Source: an uncultured delta proteobacterium | GTDB lineage: Bacteria > Myxococcota > Myxococcia > Myxococcales > Myxococcaceae | NCBI GenBank assembly: GCA_963776345.1 | Contig: CAVZMH010000019.1 | Location: 288,001-352,000 of the forward strand | Direction of reading: 5' to 3' | Length of the DNA stretch: 64,000 nt | Shown here: piece by piece, positions 48,815-61,634 of the stretch | Position numbering within the stretch: the stretch's first letter is position 1 | Layout: the number at the start of each line of letters is the position of its first letter | The notes under the pieces: model-generated | The model's database searches: none | Told to the model about the DNA's origin: nothing | Seen by the model: the letters and a program-made list of their open reading frames with translations, nothing else | Translations under genes and position numbers: made by a program

Positions 48815-50518
48815 ATGGCGACGCCCAGCACTCCGTCCGTCAATCTCAACCTGGTCCTGGAGCAGGTGGCCAAGGACAAGGGCATCGACAAGAGCGTTCT
48901 GGTCGCGACCCTCGAGGACGCGATGCAGACCGCGGCCAAGAAGCACTTCGGTCAGGACCGGAACCTCGAGGCCAAGTACGAGACCGAGAAGGGCGTGGTG
49001 GAGCTCTTCCAGGCGGTGACCGTGGTGGAGCAGATCACCGACCCCATCCAGGCGGTGAACCAGCTCACCCTCGACGAGGCGCGGAAGAAGGGGATGGAGG
49101 TCGAGCCCGGCGACGAGCTGGTGTTCCAGATCTTCTACCGCGACGAGGACGCCGCCGAGGCCAAGGCCCAGGACGACCAGTACGGCGACATCCTCAAGCT
49201 CCGGACCTTCCGGCACGGCTTCGGCCGCATCGCCGCCCAGACCGCCAAGCAGGTGATCCTGCAACGCACCCGGGATGCGGAGCGGGAGAACGTCTACAAC
49301 GAGTACAAGGACCGCCGGAACGAAATCGTCACCGGCATCGCCCGGCGCTTCGAGCGGGGGAACATCATCGTCGACCTCGGCCGCGCCGAGGCGGTGCTCC
49401 CGGTGCGCGAGCAGGTGCCGCGCGAGACCTACCGCGCCGGCGACCGGGTGCAGGCCTACGTCCTCGACGTGCTCCGCGAGTCCAAGGGCCCGCAGATCAT
49501 CCTCAGCCGGGCATCGGTGAACCTCCTCACCAAGCTGTTCGAGATGGAGGTCCCGGAGATCGCCGAGGGCATCGTGGTCATCGAGGCCGCGGCCCGCGAG
49601 CCGGGCGGCCGGGCGAAGATCGCCGTCAGCAGCCGCGACCCGGACGTGGACCCGGTCGGCGCCTGCGTGGGCATGAAGGGCAGCCGGGTGCAGGCGGTGG
49701 TCCAGGAGCTCCGGGGCGAGAAGATCGACATCGTGCCCTGGGACGAGGACCCGGCCCGCTTCGTCTGCGCGGCGCTGGCCCCGGCCGAGGTGGCCCGGGT
49801 CATCATCGACGAGGCCAACCACGCCATGGAGCTCATCGTCCCCGACGACCAGCTGTCCCTGGCCATCGGGCGGCGCGGCCAGAACGTGCGGCTCGCGGCC
49901 CAGCTCACCGGCTGGAAGCTGGACATCAACAGCGAGACCCGGGTGCGCGAGATGCGCGAGTTCGCCACCCGCTCGCTGGGTTCGCTCCCCGGCGTCACCG
50001 AGATGCTGGTGGAGACGCTCTACGCCCACGGCTTCCGGCAGGCGCGCGACGTGGCCGAGGCCTCGCCCGAGGTGCTGGCGCAGATCCCGGGGCTCGACCC
50101 GGCGCGCATCCCGGCCATGCAGGAGCAGGCCAAGAAGCAGATGGTGGACGACGAGATCGAGCTCCGCCGCCTGGAGATGGAGCGCGAGCAGGCGCGCGCC
50201 ATCGAGGCCCGCCGCCACCCGGACGAGCTCTCGCCAGCCGAACGGCTGATGCGGGTCCGCGGGATGAGCGAGAAGACCATCGAGCAGCTGGCGATCGCCG
50301 GCTACAAGACGGTGGAGGATCTGGTGGCGGAGAAGGACATCGCCAAGCTCGGCGACGCCCCCGGGGTGGGCATCAAGAAGGCCCGCCAGCTCAAGAGCGC
50401 CGCCGAGAGCTATCTGTTAGAGGAGGCGAAGCTGCGCGCCGAGCTCGACGCCGAGCGCGCGGCCCTGGGCGCCTCCGCATCGGTCCCCCCGCCAGCCGAG
50501 GAGGCGAAAGCGCCCTGA
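48815..50518 (+). CDS. nusA: transcription factor NusA with C-terminal HhH extension
   Basis: FGRIAAQTAKQ, AREPGGRAKIAV, DPVGACVG, AIGRRGQNVRLA. Confidence 0.97.
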   Translation: MATPSTPSVNLNLVLEQVAKDKGIDKSVLVATLEDAMQTAAKKHFGQDRNLEAKYETEKGVVELFQAVTVVEQITDPIQAVNQLTLDEARKKGMEVEPGDELVFQIFYRDEDAAEAKAQDDQYGDILKLRTFRHGFGRIAAQTAKQVILQRTRDAERENVYNEYKDRRNEIVTGIARRFERGNIIVDLGRAEAVLPVREQVPRETYRAGDRVQAYVLDVLRESKGPQIILSRASVNLLTKLFEMEVPEIAEGIVVIEAAAREPGGRAKIAVSSRDPDVDPVGACVGMKGSRVQAVVQELRGEKIDIVPWDEDPARFVCAALAPAEVARVIIDEANHAMELIVPDDQLSLAIGRRGQNVRLAAQLTGWKLDINSETRVREMREFATRSLGSLPGVTEMLVETLYAHGFRQARDVAEASPEVLAQIPGLDPARIPAMQEQAKKQMVDDEIELRRLEMEREQARAIEARRHPDELSPAERLMRVRGMSEKTIEQLAIAGYKTVEDLVAEKDIAKLGDAPGVGIKKARQLKSAAESYLLEEAKLRAELDAERAALGASASVPPPAEEAKAP

Positions 50519-50775
50519 GCAGGGAGCCCGAGAGAACGTGCATCGGGTGCGGGACCAAGCGTCCCCAGCGTGAACTGAGGCGGCTCTGCCTGTCGAGCGA
50601 GGGCGAGCTGTTGTGGGACCGAGACCGACGAGCGCCAGGACGGGGCGCTTACCTCTGCGGCGCAGGCTGTCTGACCGCGGCGGTGAGCCGGAAGTCGCTG
50701 GGGCGGGCTTTCCGGGGGCGGGTGACCGGCGGGCTCGAGGCGGTGCAGAGAGAGCTGATCGCCTCCGAGGGTTAA
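50515..50775 (+). CDS. ylxR: YlxR/RnpM (DUF448) family protein, apparent CTG start
   Basis: PERTCIGC...GRGAYLC...LGRAF motifs in the canonical nusA-infB position; CTG overlaps the nusA TGA; GAGGAGG at 50498-50504. Confidence 0.8.
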   Translation: MSREPERTCIGCGTKRPQRELRRLCLSSEGELLWDRDRRAPGRGAYLCGAGCLTAAVSRKSLGRAFRGRVTGGLEAVQRELIASEG

Positions 50776-50826
50776 GTCCAGGGCGCAGGTGGGGTAGAAG
50801 GCAGACGCTGTTTCGAAGGGGTCTGG

Positions 50827-53832
<3,006 letters not shown>

Positions 53833-53867
53833 GGCCGGGCCGTCTCTCCCTCAGGACGGCTGTCGTC

Positions 53868-54386
53868 ATGTTCGTCGGCGTCGCACGCCTCACTCTGCAG
53901 ATCGCGGACTCCGGCTCGCTGAAGTCGAAGCGCCAGGTGCTCCGGCGCGTCACCGACCGGCTGAAGGCCCGGTTCAACGTCTCGGTCGCCGAGGTGGAGG
54001 ACCAGGACCTCTGGCAACGGGCCACCATCGCCCTGGCGGTGGTGAGCGCCGACCGGCGGCATGTGGACGAGCAGATCCAGAAGATTCTCCACTTCGTCGA
54101 GGAGATGTACGTCGCCCCGCTGATCAGCCGGGAGCTGGAGATCCTCGCCTTCGGCGATCAGCTCTTCGGCGGCGGCCCCCCGGACGACGGGAGCACGCTC
54201 GAGCTCCCCTTCGCCCGGGAGGACCGGAGCCTCGCCGAGGCCGAGGGGATGGCGGAGTGGGAGAGGCGGCCCGGCGCGCTGGTCCAGGGCCGGCCGGGGT
54301 CCCGGGGCGGGGGAGACCTCCCTCTGTCCGAGGCCCGGGCTCGGGCGCGGAAGCTGCGCAACAAGCGCGAGTGGGAGAAGCCCTGA
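53868..54386 (+). CDS. DUF503 (YlxP) protein with C-terminal extension
   Basis: [23 protein letters not shown]. Confidence 0.85.
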   Translation: MFVGVARLTLQIADSGSLKSKRQVLRRVTDRLKARFNVSVAEVEDQDLWQRATIALAVVSADRRHVDEQIQKILHFVEEMYVAPLISRELEILAFGDQLFGGGPPDDGSTLELPFAREDRSLAEAEGMAEWERRPGALVQGRPGSRGGGDLPLSEARARARKLRNKREWEKP

Positions 54387-54405
54387 TGGGGCCGGGAGGT
54401 GTGCG

Positions 54406-54765
54406 ATGAGCGTGCCCGGACGGCCCGAGCGGGTGGGGGCGGAGATCCAGGCCGCGGTGGGCGAGCTGCTCTCACGGGGCGACCTCCGCGACCCACGCAT
54501 CGGCTACATCACCATCACCGGGGTGAAGATGAGCCCCGACCTCCGGGTGGCCCAGGTCTACTGGTCGTCGCTGGGGACCGAGGCCGAGCGGGAGGAGACC
54601 CAGGCCGGGCTGGACGCGGCCAAGGGCTTCGTCCGCCGCGAGGTGACCGCCCGGGTCAAGCTCCGGGTCTCGCCCGAGGTCTTCTTCGTCTTCGACAAGA
54701 GCGTGGGCGAGGGCGACAAGATCGACCGCCTGCTGCGGGAAGTGAAGACGAAAGAGGGATGGTGA
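54406..54765 (+). CDS. rbfA: ribosome-binding factor A
   Basis: [32 protein letters not shown]. Confidence 0.95.
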   Translation: MSVPGRPERVGAEIQAAVGELLSRGDLRDPRIGYITITGVKMSPDLRVAQVYWSSLGTEAEREETQAGLDAAKGFVRREVTARVKLRVSPEVFFVFDKSVGEGDKIDRLLREVKTKEGW

Positions 54766-54814
54766 GCCCGCGCCGGAGGGTTACACTTCCGGGTCGAGGG
54801 CGGCCCCCTCCTCC

Positions 54815-55708
54815 ATGCACGGCGTTCTGGTCATCGACAAGCCCCAGGGCCCCACCTCCTTCGAGGTCGTCCGCCGGGTGCGGTCGGCCCTGGCGCTGAA
54901 GCGCGCCGGGCACACCGGCACGCTCGATCCGATGGCCACCGGCGTGCTCCCGGTCTGCCTGGGCGAGGCCACCAAGCTGGCGGGGCTCCTGACCGAGGGG
55001 GACAAGGCGTACGACGCCGTGGTGCGGCTGGGGCTGGTGACCGACACCCAGGACGTCACCGGGACGGTGCTGGAGACCCATCCGGTCCCCCCGCTCTCGG
55101 CCGAGGTTCTCGAGTCCGCGCTCCGGAAGTTCCGGGGCACGTTCAGCCAGGTCCCGCCCATGTACTCGGCGGTGAAGGTGAAGGGGAAGCGGCTGTACGA
55201 GCGCGCCCGGGCCGGCGAGTCGGTGGAGCGGACGCCCCGGCAGGTGACGGTGCACAGCCTGGTGCTCCGCGACTTCTCCGCCTCGGAGTGCACGCTCTCC
55301 GTGCGTTGCTCGAAGGGCTTCTTCGTGCGGACGCTCGCCGAGGAGCTTGGCCGGGCGCTGGGCTGCGGCGGCGCGCTGAAGAGCCTGCGCCGCACGGCCA
55401 GCGGCCCCTTCGGCCTCGACCGCGCGCTCCCGCTCTCGACGGTGGAGGCGCTCGGCGTGTCCGGTCCGGCGGGCCGTGCGCAGCTCGAGGCGCGGATCGT
55501 CTCCATGGCGGACGCGCTGCCCGAGCTCGCGGCGGTCCGGGTCTTCGAGCGGGACGTCCCCCGGGTGCTCCACGGCGTGCCGCTGGTGCTGGGCCCGGAG
55601 GCGCCCGCCGGGCGGGTGCGGGTGCTGGGCCCCGACGGAGCGCTGCTCGCGGTGGGCGAGGTCCACGAGGGCCGGCTCGGCTACGTCCGGGTGGTGGTCC
55701 CCCGGTGA
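54815..55708 (+). CDS. truB: tRNA pseudouridine(55) synthase
   Basis: DKPQGPTS, GHTGTLDP, QVPPMYSAVK, CSKG..VR. Confidence 0.96.
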   Translation: MHGVLVIDKPQGPTSFEVVRRVRSALALKRAGHTGTLDPMATGVLPVCLGEATKLAGLLTEGDKAYDAVVRLGLVTDTQDVTGTVLETHPVPPLSAEVLESALRKFRGTFSQVPPMYSAVKVKGKRLYERARAGESVERTPRQVTVHSLVLRDFSASECTLSVRCSKGFFVRTLAEELGRALGCGGALKSLRRTASGPFGLDRALPLSTVEALGVSGPAGRAQLEARIVSMADALPELAAVRVFERDVPRVLHGVPLVLGPEAPAGRVRVLGPDGALLAVGEVHEGRLGYVRVVVPR

Positions 55709-55983
55709 ACGTCACCGTCCTGGTGCCCTCCACGCTCCGCTCCGCCGTGGACGGCAAGCACAAGCTCGACCTCGGCGTGCCCGCGGGCTCCGGGGTGGGC
55801 GAGGTGCTGCAGACCTTGCTCACCCTCTACCCGAAGCTGCGCTCGGCGATGGCCAGCGAGACCCGCCTCCGTCGCCAGCAGCTGACGGTGGTGGTCGAGC
55901 CGCGCTCGGTGCTCCGCGGCGGCAGAGACGGCGTCCGGGTGTGGCTCTTCGCCGCGCCGGCCTCGGCCGAGCTCGCCGGCTAG
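55705..55983 (+). CDS. MoaD/ThiS-like beta-grasp protein lacking C-terminal GG
   Basis: V.V.VPSTLR...G...L, VGEVL..L...YPKL; GTGA coupling to truB; ends LAG. Confidence 0.55.
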   Translation: MNVTVLVPSTLRSAVDGKHKLDLGVPAGSGVGEVLQTLLTLYPKLRSAMASETRLRRQQLTVVVEPRSVLRGGRDGVRVWLFAAPASAELAG

Positions 55984-56672
55984 AACGTGAGCCGGGCCGA
56001 GAGCCCGGCGAATCCCGGGGCGACCGCCGGCAGGATCTCGAGTCGTGCACCCGTCGCTCCGTGGCTCCGGCCGAGCGCGCGGTTGTAGTCGGTCGCCAGC
56101 TGCAGCGTCTCCTCCCGGGGGGTGACCATCTCCGGCGTGCTGACGCCCCAGACGATAAACGCCCCGCCCAGGGCGACCCCGGCGCCGATCAGCAGCGCGC
56201 CCGCCGTGGTGGCCTTGCTCGACTGCTCGACGCAGCTCTTGTAGACGTCCGGGCCCCGGGCCAGGCAGTCGGGGGAGCTGGTGTCCGGACCGCTGGCCAT
56301 CACCAGGAGCCCGCTCACCAGCCCCGCGACGATGGTCAGGCCGCCGCCGGACATCAGCCAGATCCGCTGCCGGGTGCGCTCGTCGGCTGCGGCCGCGAGG
56401 TCCGGCCGGCCGATGCGGCTGTAGAAGTCGAAGGCGGAGATGGGCTTGCCGCCGAGGGTGACCCGGTTGTCGCGTCCATCCACCCGGATGAACGCGTCGA
56501 GGAAGGCGTCCCGCTCGGGGCCCTCCGGAGGCAACGGCACGTAGGTCGACTCGCCGCGCCGGGCGTCGGGGCCGGTGGAGTCGATGAGGATCTCGCCCGC
56601 GCCCGGGCGGGCCTGCGCGAGGACGGGTTGGCTGCTCCCCACGGCCAGCACCAGCAACACGCTCCAGCCCAT
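55980..56672 (-). CDS. uncharacterised secreted/membrane protein, paralog 3 of 3 (230 aa)
   Basis: Signal peptide, two hydrophobic helices around a C-x10-C loop, ends ARLTF. Confidence 0.8.
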   Translation of the reverse strand: MGWSVLLVLAVGSSQPVLAQARPGAGEILIDSTGPDARRGESTYVPLPPEGPERDAFLDAFIRVDGRDNRVTLGGKPISAFDFYSRIGRPDLAAAADERTRQRIWLMSGGGLTIVAGLVSGLLVMASGPDTSSPDCLARGPDVYKSCVEQSSKATTAGALLIGAGVALGGAFIVWGVSTPEMVTPREETLQLATDYNRALGRSHGATGARLEILPAVAPGFAGLSARLTF

Positions 56673-56780
56673 GACGCCCCCCCGGGTTCGACCCAGTCCC
56701 GGGAGAGCGTGCCAGAGGCCTGGCCGCCCGACCACTTCCGGAGTCCGTCCGGCGGCGCGGACGATCTAGAAGCGGACGGC

Positions 56781-57473
56781 CTAGAAGGTGAGCCGCGCGA
56801 CGAGGCCGCCGTACCCCGGCCCGAATGCCGGCAGCACCCGGAGCTTCACCTCGGTGGCCCCGTGCTTCCGGGCGAGGGCGCGGTTGTACTCGGTCGCCAG
56901 CGCGAGGGTCTGTGCAGGCTCGGTCACCATCTCGGGGGTGGACATCCCCCAGACGATGAGCACTCCGCCCACCGCGAGGCCGGCACCGATGAGCAGCGCC
57001 CCGGTCATCTGGGCCTTCTCCGCCCGGTTGAGGCAGTCGTTGTACACGGCGGGAGGGCCGGTCAGGCACTCGGGGGAGCTGGTGTTCGGGCCGCTGGTCA
57101 TCAAGAGGGCGCCGGTCACCACGCCGGCGACGATGGCCAGTCCCCCGCCGGACATCAGCCAGATCCGCTGGCGGGTGCGATCCTCGGACCAGGCGACGAG
57201 GTCGGGGCGATCCACCCGCTGGTAGAACTCCCGGGCGGGGAGGGGCTTCGTCCCGAGCGCGACCTCGTTCCTCATCATGTCCACCGAGATCGCCTCGGCG
57301 ACGAACGCGTCCCGCCCCGGGCCGGGCGGGGGCAACGGCACGTTGGTGGTCAGCTCCCGCTCGATCGTCTTCGGCTGCTTCGAGTCGATGATGATCTCCT
57401 CCGGTCCCGGCTGCGGCTGAGCCAGCGCCGGAGCTGCGCACCCCAGGATGACGACCAGCACCCACCTGCGCAT
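56781..57473 (-). CDS. uncharacterised secreted/membrane protein, paralog 2 of 3 (230 aa)
   Basis: MRRWVLVVILGCAAPALA signal; same motifs as its neighbours; ends ARLTF. Confidence 0.8.
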   Translation of the reverse strand: MRRWVLVVILGCAAPALAQPQPGPEEIIIDSKQPKTIERELTTNVPLPPPGPGRDAFVAEAISVDMMRNEVALGTKPLPAREFYQRVDRPDLVAWSEDRTRQRIWLMSGGGLAIVAGVVTGALLMTSGPNTSSPECLTGPPAVYNDCLNRAEKAQMTGALLIGAGLAVGGVLIVWGMSTPEMVTEPAQTLALATEYNRALARKHGATEVKLRVLPAFGPGYGGLVARLTF

Positions 57474-57544
57474 CGAGGTTCTCCCGTCGAGACGTGTGAT
57501 GCGTGGCAGGGCTCCTGCCACGCGGTACCAGAGCCAGAGTCCAC

Positions 57545-58237
57545 TCAGAAGGAGAGCCGGGCCGTGAGCCCGGCGTACCCCGGAGCCAGCGCCGGCAGGA
57601 GCTGGAGGCGCGCGCCGGTGGCGCCGTGCTTCTGCGCCAGGCCGCGGTTGTAGTCCGTGGCCAGCCGCACGGTTTCCTCGGGGGTGGTGACCATCTCCGG
57701 GATGAGCAGCGCCCAGGTCAGGAGCGATGCCGCAACGACGACGCCGGCGCCGATGATCAGGCTGCCGGTGAGCGTGGTCTTGGTGTTGCGGTCGAGGCAC
57801 TCGTTGTAGCTGACGTTGCCGTTCACGAGGCAGGCCGGGTCGTTGAGGTTCTGGGCGTTGCCGATGACCACCGCGCCTGCCACCGTCCCCGCGGCGAGCG
57901 TCAGCACCGAGCCGGAGATGAGCCACACTCGCTGCCGGGTGCGCTCGTCCGCCTGGGCGGCGAGGTCCGGCCGCTCGATCCGGTTGTAGAAGTCGAAGGC
58001 GGAGAGCTTCCGGCCGCCCACCGAGGCCTCGTTGTCCCGCGGACTGACGCGGATGAAGTCCCTCAGGAACGCATCCCGGCCCGGCCCCTCCGGGGGCATG
58101 GTGACGCGGGTCGACTCGCCGTGCTCGGCGCCCGGTCCCGTCGACTCGATGAGGATCTCCCCGGCTCCCTGGCTGGACTGGGCCAGGACCGGCGTGGAAC
58201 ATCCCAGGGCAACGGCGACCAAGAACCCCCGCAGCAT
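57545..58237 (-). CDS. uncharacterised secreted/membrane protein, paralog 1 of 3 (230 aa)
   Basis: [19 protein letters not shown] signal; same motifs; ends ARLSF. Confidence 0.8.
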   Translation of the reverse strand: MLRGFLVAVALGCSTPVLAQSSQGAGEILIESTGPGAEHGESTRVTMPPEGPGRDAFLRDFIRVSPRDNEASVGGRKLSAFDFYNRIERPDLAAQADERTRQRVWLISGSVLTLAAGTVAGAVVIGNAQNLNDPACLVNGNVSYNECLDRNTKTTLTGSLIIGAGVVVAASLLTWALLIPEMVTTPEETVRLATDYNRGLAQKHGATGARLQLLPALAPGYAGLTARLSF

Positions 58238-58317
58238 CGCGATTCCCACCCGCGCTGTGCTCCCCTCGCGCTGCACCGTTGCAGATTCACTGCCCTTTCG
58301 CCAGCAGTCACGGGAGA

Positions 58318-58346
58318 TTGCAATCCCCGGTCCAGGCGCCTATAAG
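58318..58346 (+). promoter_or_regulatory. sigma70 promoter of rpsO-pnp
   Basis: TTGCAA-N17-TATAAG. Confidence 0.65.
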
Positions 58347-58453
58347 CCCGCGACCCCCGGGTCCGGCGCCTGCACCCCTCCGCGGACGTCCGAACCTGGC
58401 CCAGGGGCGCAGGTCAGGACCATCCTCGGGAGCGGGACGGAGTTGCACCGAAC

Positions 58454-58723
58454 ATGGCAGTCCTCAGCGAGCGCAAGGCGGCCGTCGTCCAGCAGTACCG
58501 CACCCACGAGACCGACACCGGCTCTCCCGAGGTGCAGGTGGCGCTGCTCTCCGAGCGCATCAACATGCTCACCGAGCACTTCAAGACGCACAAGAAGGAC
58601 TTCCACAGCCGCCGCGGGCTGTTGAAGCTCGTCGGCCAGCGTCGCCGTCTGCTCGATTACCTCAAGACCAAGGACAACGCGCGGTACCGGAAGCTCATCG
58701 ACGGTCTGGGCATCCGGAAGTAG
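58454..58723 (+). CDS. rpsO: 30S ribosomal protein S15
   Basis: [31 protein letters not shown]. Confidence 0.98.
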   Translation: MAVLSERKAAVVQQYRTHETDTGSPEVQVALLSERINMLTEHFKTHKKDFHSRRGLLKLVGQRRRLLDYLKTKDNARYRKLIDGLGIRK

Positions 58724-58932
58724 CAGGAGCAGTTCAACCAACGCCGGCGCGGCACGGAGCGCCGGCGCCTCCCGTCCCAGGGCGGAGAGGAGTTTCCGGT
58801 TTCCGTTCGGAGCCGCCGACCCTCCCGGCGTCGGGCCGTCGGCGGCTGCGGTCAGAGACTGAAAGTTCCTTCTCGCCAGGGCGCCGAGGCCAACGGACCA
58901 CAACGGCCGTGCCCAGGGAAGGAACGAACCAC

Positions 58933-61089
58933 ATGCATCTGAAGAAGAGCGTCCGGGTCGGCGAGCAGGAGCTGGTCCTCGAGACGGGCAAGCTGGCCAA
59001 GCAGGCCGACGGCTCGGTCACGGTGCGCTACGGCGACACCATCATCCTGATCACCGCGGTCAGCGCGAGGGAGAAGAAGGACGTCGACTTCCTCCCGCTC
59101 ACCGTCGAGTACCAGGAGAAGCTGTACTCGGCAGGCCGCATCCCCGGGAGCTACTTCCGGCGCGAGGGCCGGCTCACCGAGAAGGAGACCTTGACCTCCC
59201 GGCTGGTGGACCGGAGCTGCCGCCCGCTGTTCCCCGACGGCTACGCCTACGAGACGCAGGTCATCGCCTCGGTCATCTCCTCCGACTCGGAGAACGAGGG
59301 CGACATCCACGGCATCACCGGCGCCTCGGCGGCGCTGATGCTCTCCGACATCCCCTTCGGCGGGCCCATCGCCGGCGTCCGCGTCGGCCGGGTCGACGGC
59401 CAGCTGGTGGCCAACCCCACCGCGAAGCAGCGCGAGACCTCGGACATCGACCTGATCATGGCCTGCAGCCGCGAGGCCATCGTCATGGTCGAGGGTGGCG
59501 CGAAGGAGGTCTCCGAGGCCGACATGGTCGCGGCCCTCGAGTTCGGCAAGGCCGCCACCCTGCCGCTGATCGAGATGCAAGAGCAGATGCGCCGCGAGCT
59601 CGGGGTGGCTGTCCGCGCCTACGAGAAGGCCACCGGCGCGGATGACGCGCTCCGGGAGCAGGTCCGGGCGCTGGCCGCCGGGGCGATCGCCAAGGGGTAC
59701 GAGATCAAGGAGAAGCACGAGCGCTACGCGGCGCTCAGTCAGGCGAAGAAGGACGCCGTCGCCGCCCTCAAGGGGAAGATGGGCGAGGCGTTCACCCCCG
59801 CCATCGAGAAGCTGGCAAAGGCGGTGGTCGAGGACCTCAAGTACGACCACATGCGCAACCTCACCGTGAGCGGCGGCCGCATCGGCGCGCGCGGTCACGA
59901 CCAGGTCCGCACCATCACCTGCGAGGTGGGGCTCCTCCCGCGGGTGCACGGCTCGGCGCTCTTCACCCGCGGCGAGACCCAGGCGCTGGTGGCCGTCACC
60001 CTGGGCACCAGCGACGACGAGCAGCGCCTCGAGCTGCTCTCGGGCATGACCTTCAAGCGGTTCATGCTCCACTACAACTTCCCGCCCTTCAGCGTGGGCG
60101 AGACCAAGCCGCTCCGTGGCCCGGGCCGGCGGGAGATCGGCCACGGCGCGCTCGCCGAGCGGGCGCTGCGCGGGATGCTGCCCCGGAGCGAGGACTTCCC
60201 CTACACCATCCGCATCGTCTCCGACATCCTCGAGTCCAACGGCTCGTCGTCCATGGCCTCGGTGTGCGGCGGTACGCTGAGCCTCATGGACGCCGGCGTG
60301 CCCATCAAGGCGCCGGTGGCCGGCATCGCCATGGGCCTGGTGAAGGAGGGCGAGAAGATCGCCATCCTCTCCGACATCCTCGGCGACGAGGACCACCTCG
60401 GGGACATGGACTTCAAGGTCTGCGGCACCCGGGACGGCATCACCAGCATCCAGATGGACATCAAGATCACCGGCCTCACCACCGAGATCATGTCCCGGGC
60501 GCTGGAGCAGGCCCGTCGCGGCCGGCTGCACATCCTGGGCGAGATGCTCAAGGCGATCGACGCCCCGCGGAAGGAGATCAGCCAGTACGCGCCGCGGATC
60601 ACCACCATCATGATCCGGCCGGAGTTCATCAAGAACGTCATCGGCCCGGGCGGCAAGGTGATCAAGGACATCATCGCCCGCACCGGGGCCTCCATCAACA
60701 TCGAGGACTCGGGCCGGGTGGACATCGCCTCCAACAACTCCGAGGCGGTGCAGCAGGCCATCACCATGATCCAGGCGCTGACCCGCGAGGCCGAGGTGGG
60801 GAAGATCTACCTGGGCACGGTGCGGAAGATCGCCGAGTTCGGCGCCTTCGTGGAGCTGTTCCCGGGCACCGACGGGCTCATCCACATCTCCGAGCTCTCG
60901 GACAAGCGGGTGAAGAGCGTGTCCGACGTCCTCAAGGAGGGCGACGAGGTGATGGTGAAGGTCATCTCCATCGACCGGAGCGGGAAGATCCGCCTCTCGC
61001 GCAAGGAGGCGCTCGCCGAGCGTGCCGGCGCCTCGGTGCCCCCCGCCCAGGGCGCGCCCGCCGACGAGGCTCCGAAGGCGAAGGCCTGA
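58933..61089 (+). CDS. pnp: polyribonucleotide nucleotidyltransferase
   Basis: [54 protein letters not shown] and S1 domains. Confidence 0.98.
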   Translation: MHLKKSVRVGEQELVLETGKLAKQADGSVTVRYGDTIILITAVSAREKKDVDFLPLTVEYQEKLYSAGRIPGSYFRREGRLTEKETLTSRLVDRSCRPLFPDGYAYETQVIASVISSDSENEGDIHGITGASAALMLSDIPFGGPIAGVRVGRVDGQLVANPTAKQRETSDIDLIMACSREAIVMVEGGAKEVSEADMVAALEFGKAATLPLIEMQEQMRRELGVAVRAYEKATGADDALREQVRALAAGAIAKGYEIKEKHERYAALSQAKKDAVAALKGKMGEAFTPAIEKLAKAVVEDLKYDHMRNLTVSGGRIGARGHDQVRTITCEVGLLPRVHGSALFTRGETQALVAVTLGTSDDEQRLELLSGMTFKRFMLHYNFPPFSVGETKPLRGPGRREIGHGALAERALRGMLPRSEDFPYTIRIVSDILESNGSSSMASVCGGTLSLMDAGVPIKAPVAGIAMGLVKEGEKIAILSDILGDEDHLGDMDFKVCGTRDGITSIQMDIKITGLTTEIMSRALEQARRGRLHILGEMLKAIDAPRKEISQYAPRITTIMIRPEFIKNVIGPGGKVIKDIIARTGASINIEDSGRVDIASNNSEAVQQAITMIQALTREAEVGKIYLGTVRKIAEFGAFVELFPGTDGLIHISELSDKRVKSVSDVLKEGDEVMVKVISIDRSGKIRLSRKEALAERAGASVPPAQGAPADEAPKAKA

Positions 61090-61096
61090 GCCAGCC

Positions 61097-61549
61097 GTGA
61101 CGGCGGTGCGGGTCCAGGTCCGGCGCGTGCGGTCCCACGCCGCGCCGCTGCCGCTTCCGCGGTACCAGAGCGACCAGGCGGCGGGGCTCGACCTCTGCGC
61201 CGACATCGACGCGGACTGGACCCTCGCCCCGCTCGCGCGCCGCGCGGTCCCCACCGGCATCGCCATCGCCCTGCCGGAGGGACACGAGGCCCAGGTACGT
61301 CCGAGATCGGGGCTGGCTCTCCGACATGGGATCACCTGCATCAACTCGCCCGGGACCATCGACGCCGACTACCGGGGCGAGATCCAGGTCCTGCTGGTGA
61401 ACCTCTCCGGCGAGCCCTACACGCTCCGCCGCGGTGAGCGCATCGCACAACTGGTCGTCGCGCCGGTGGTCCACGCCGTGCTGGAGGAGGTGGACACATT
61501 GCCCACCACCGTCCGCGGCGAGGGCGGCTTCGGAAGCACCGGGCGCTAA
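61097..61549 (+). CDS. dut: dUTP diphosphatase
   Basis: [38 protein letters not shown]. Confidence 0.96.
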   Translation: MTAVRVQVRRVRSHAAPLPLPRYQSDQAAGLDLCADIDADWTLAPLARRAVPTGIAIALPEGHEAQVRPRSGLALRHGITCINSPGTIDADYRGEIQVLLVNLSGEPYTLRRGERIAQLVVAPVVHAVLEEVDTLPTTVRGEGGFGSTGR

Positions 61550-61634
61550 CGGCCGTCCGCTTCGGCGGCGCAGCGCTGCCTGGTAGACTCGGGCGGTCTC
61601 CTCTCCCCCGAACGCGTTTCCGGAGCCCGCGCAC

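Noticed and set aside
56781..58202. 473-aa version of paralog 2
   Set aside because: The upstream part is an off-frame read of paralog 1. The real start at 57473 gives a signal peptide and the same 230-aa length as its siblings.
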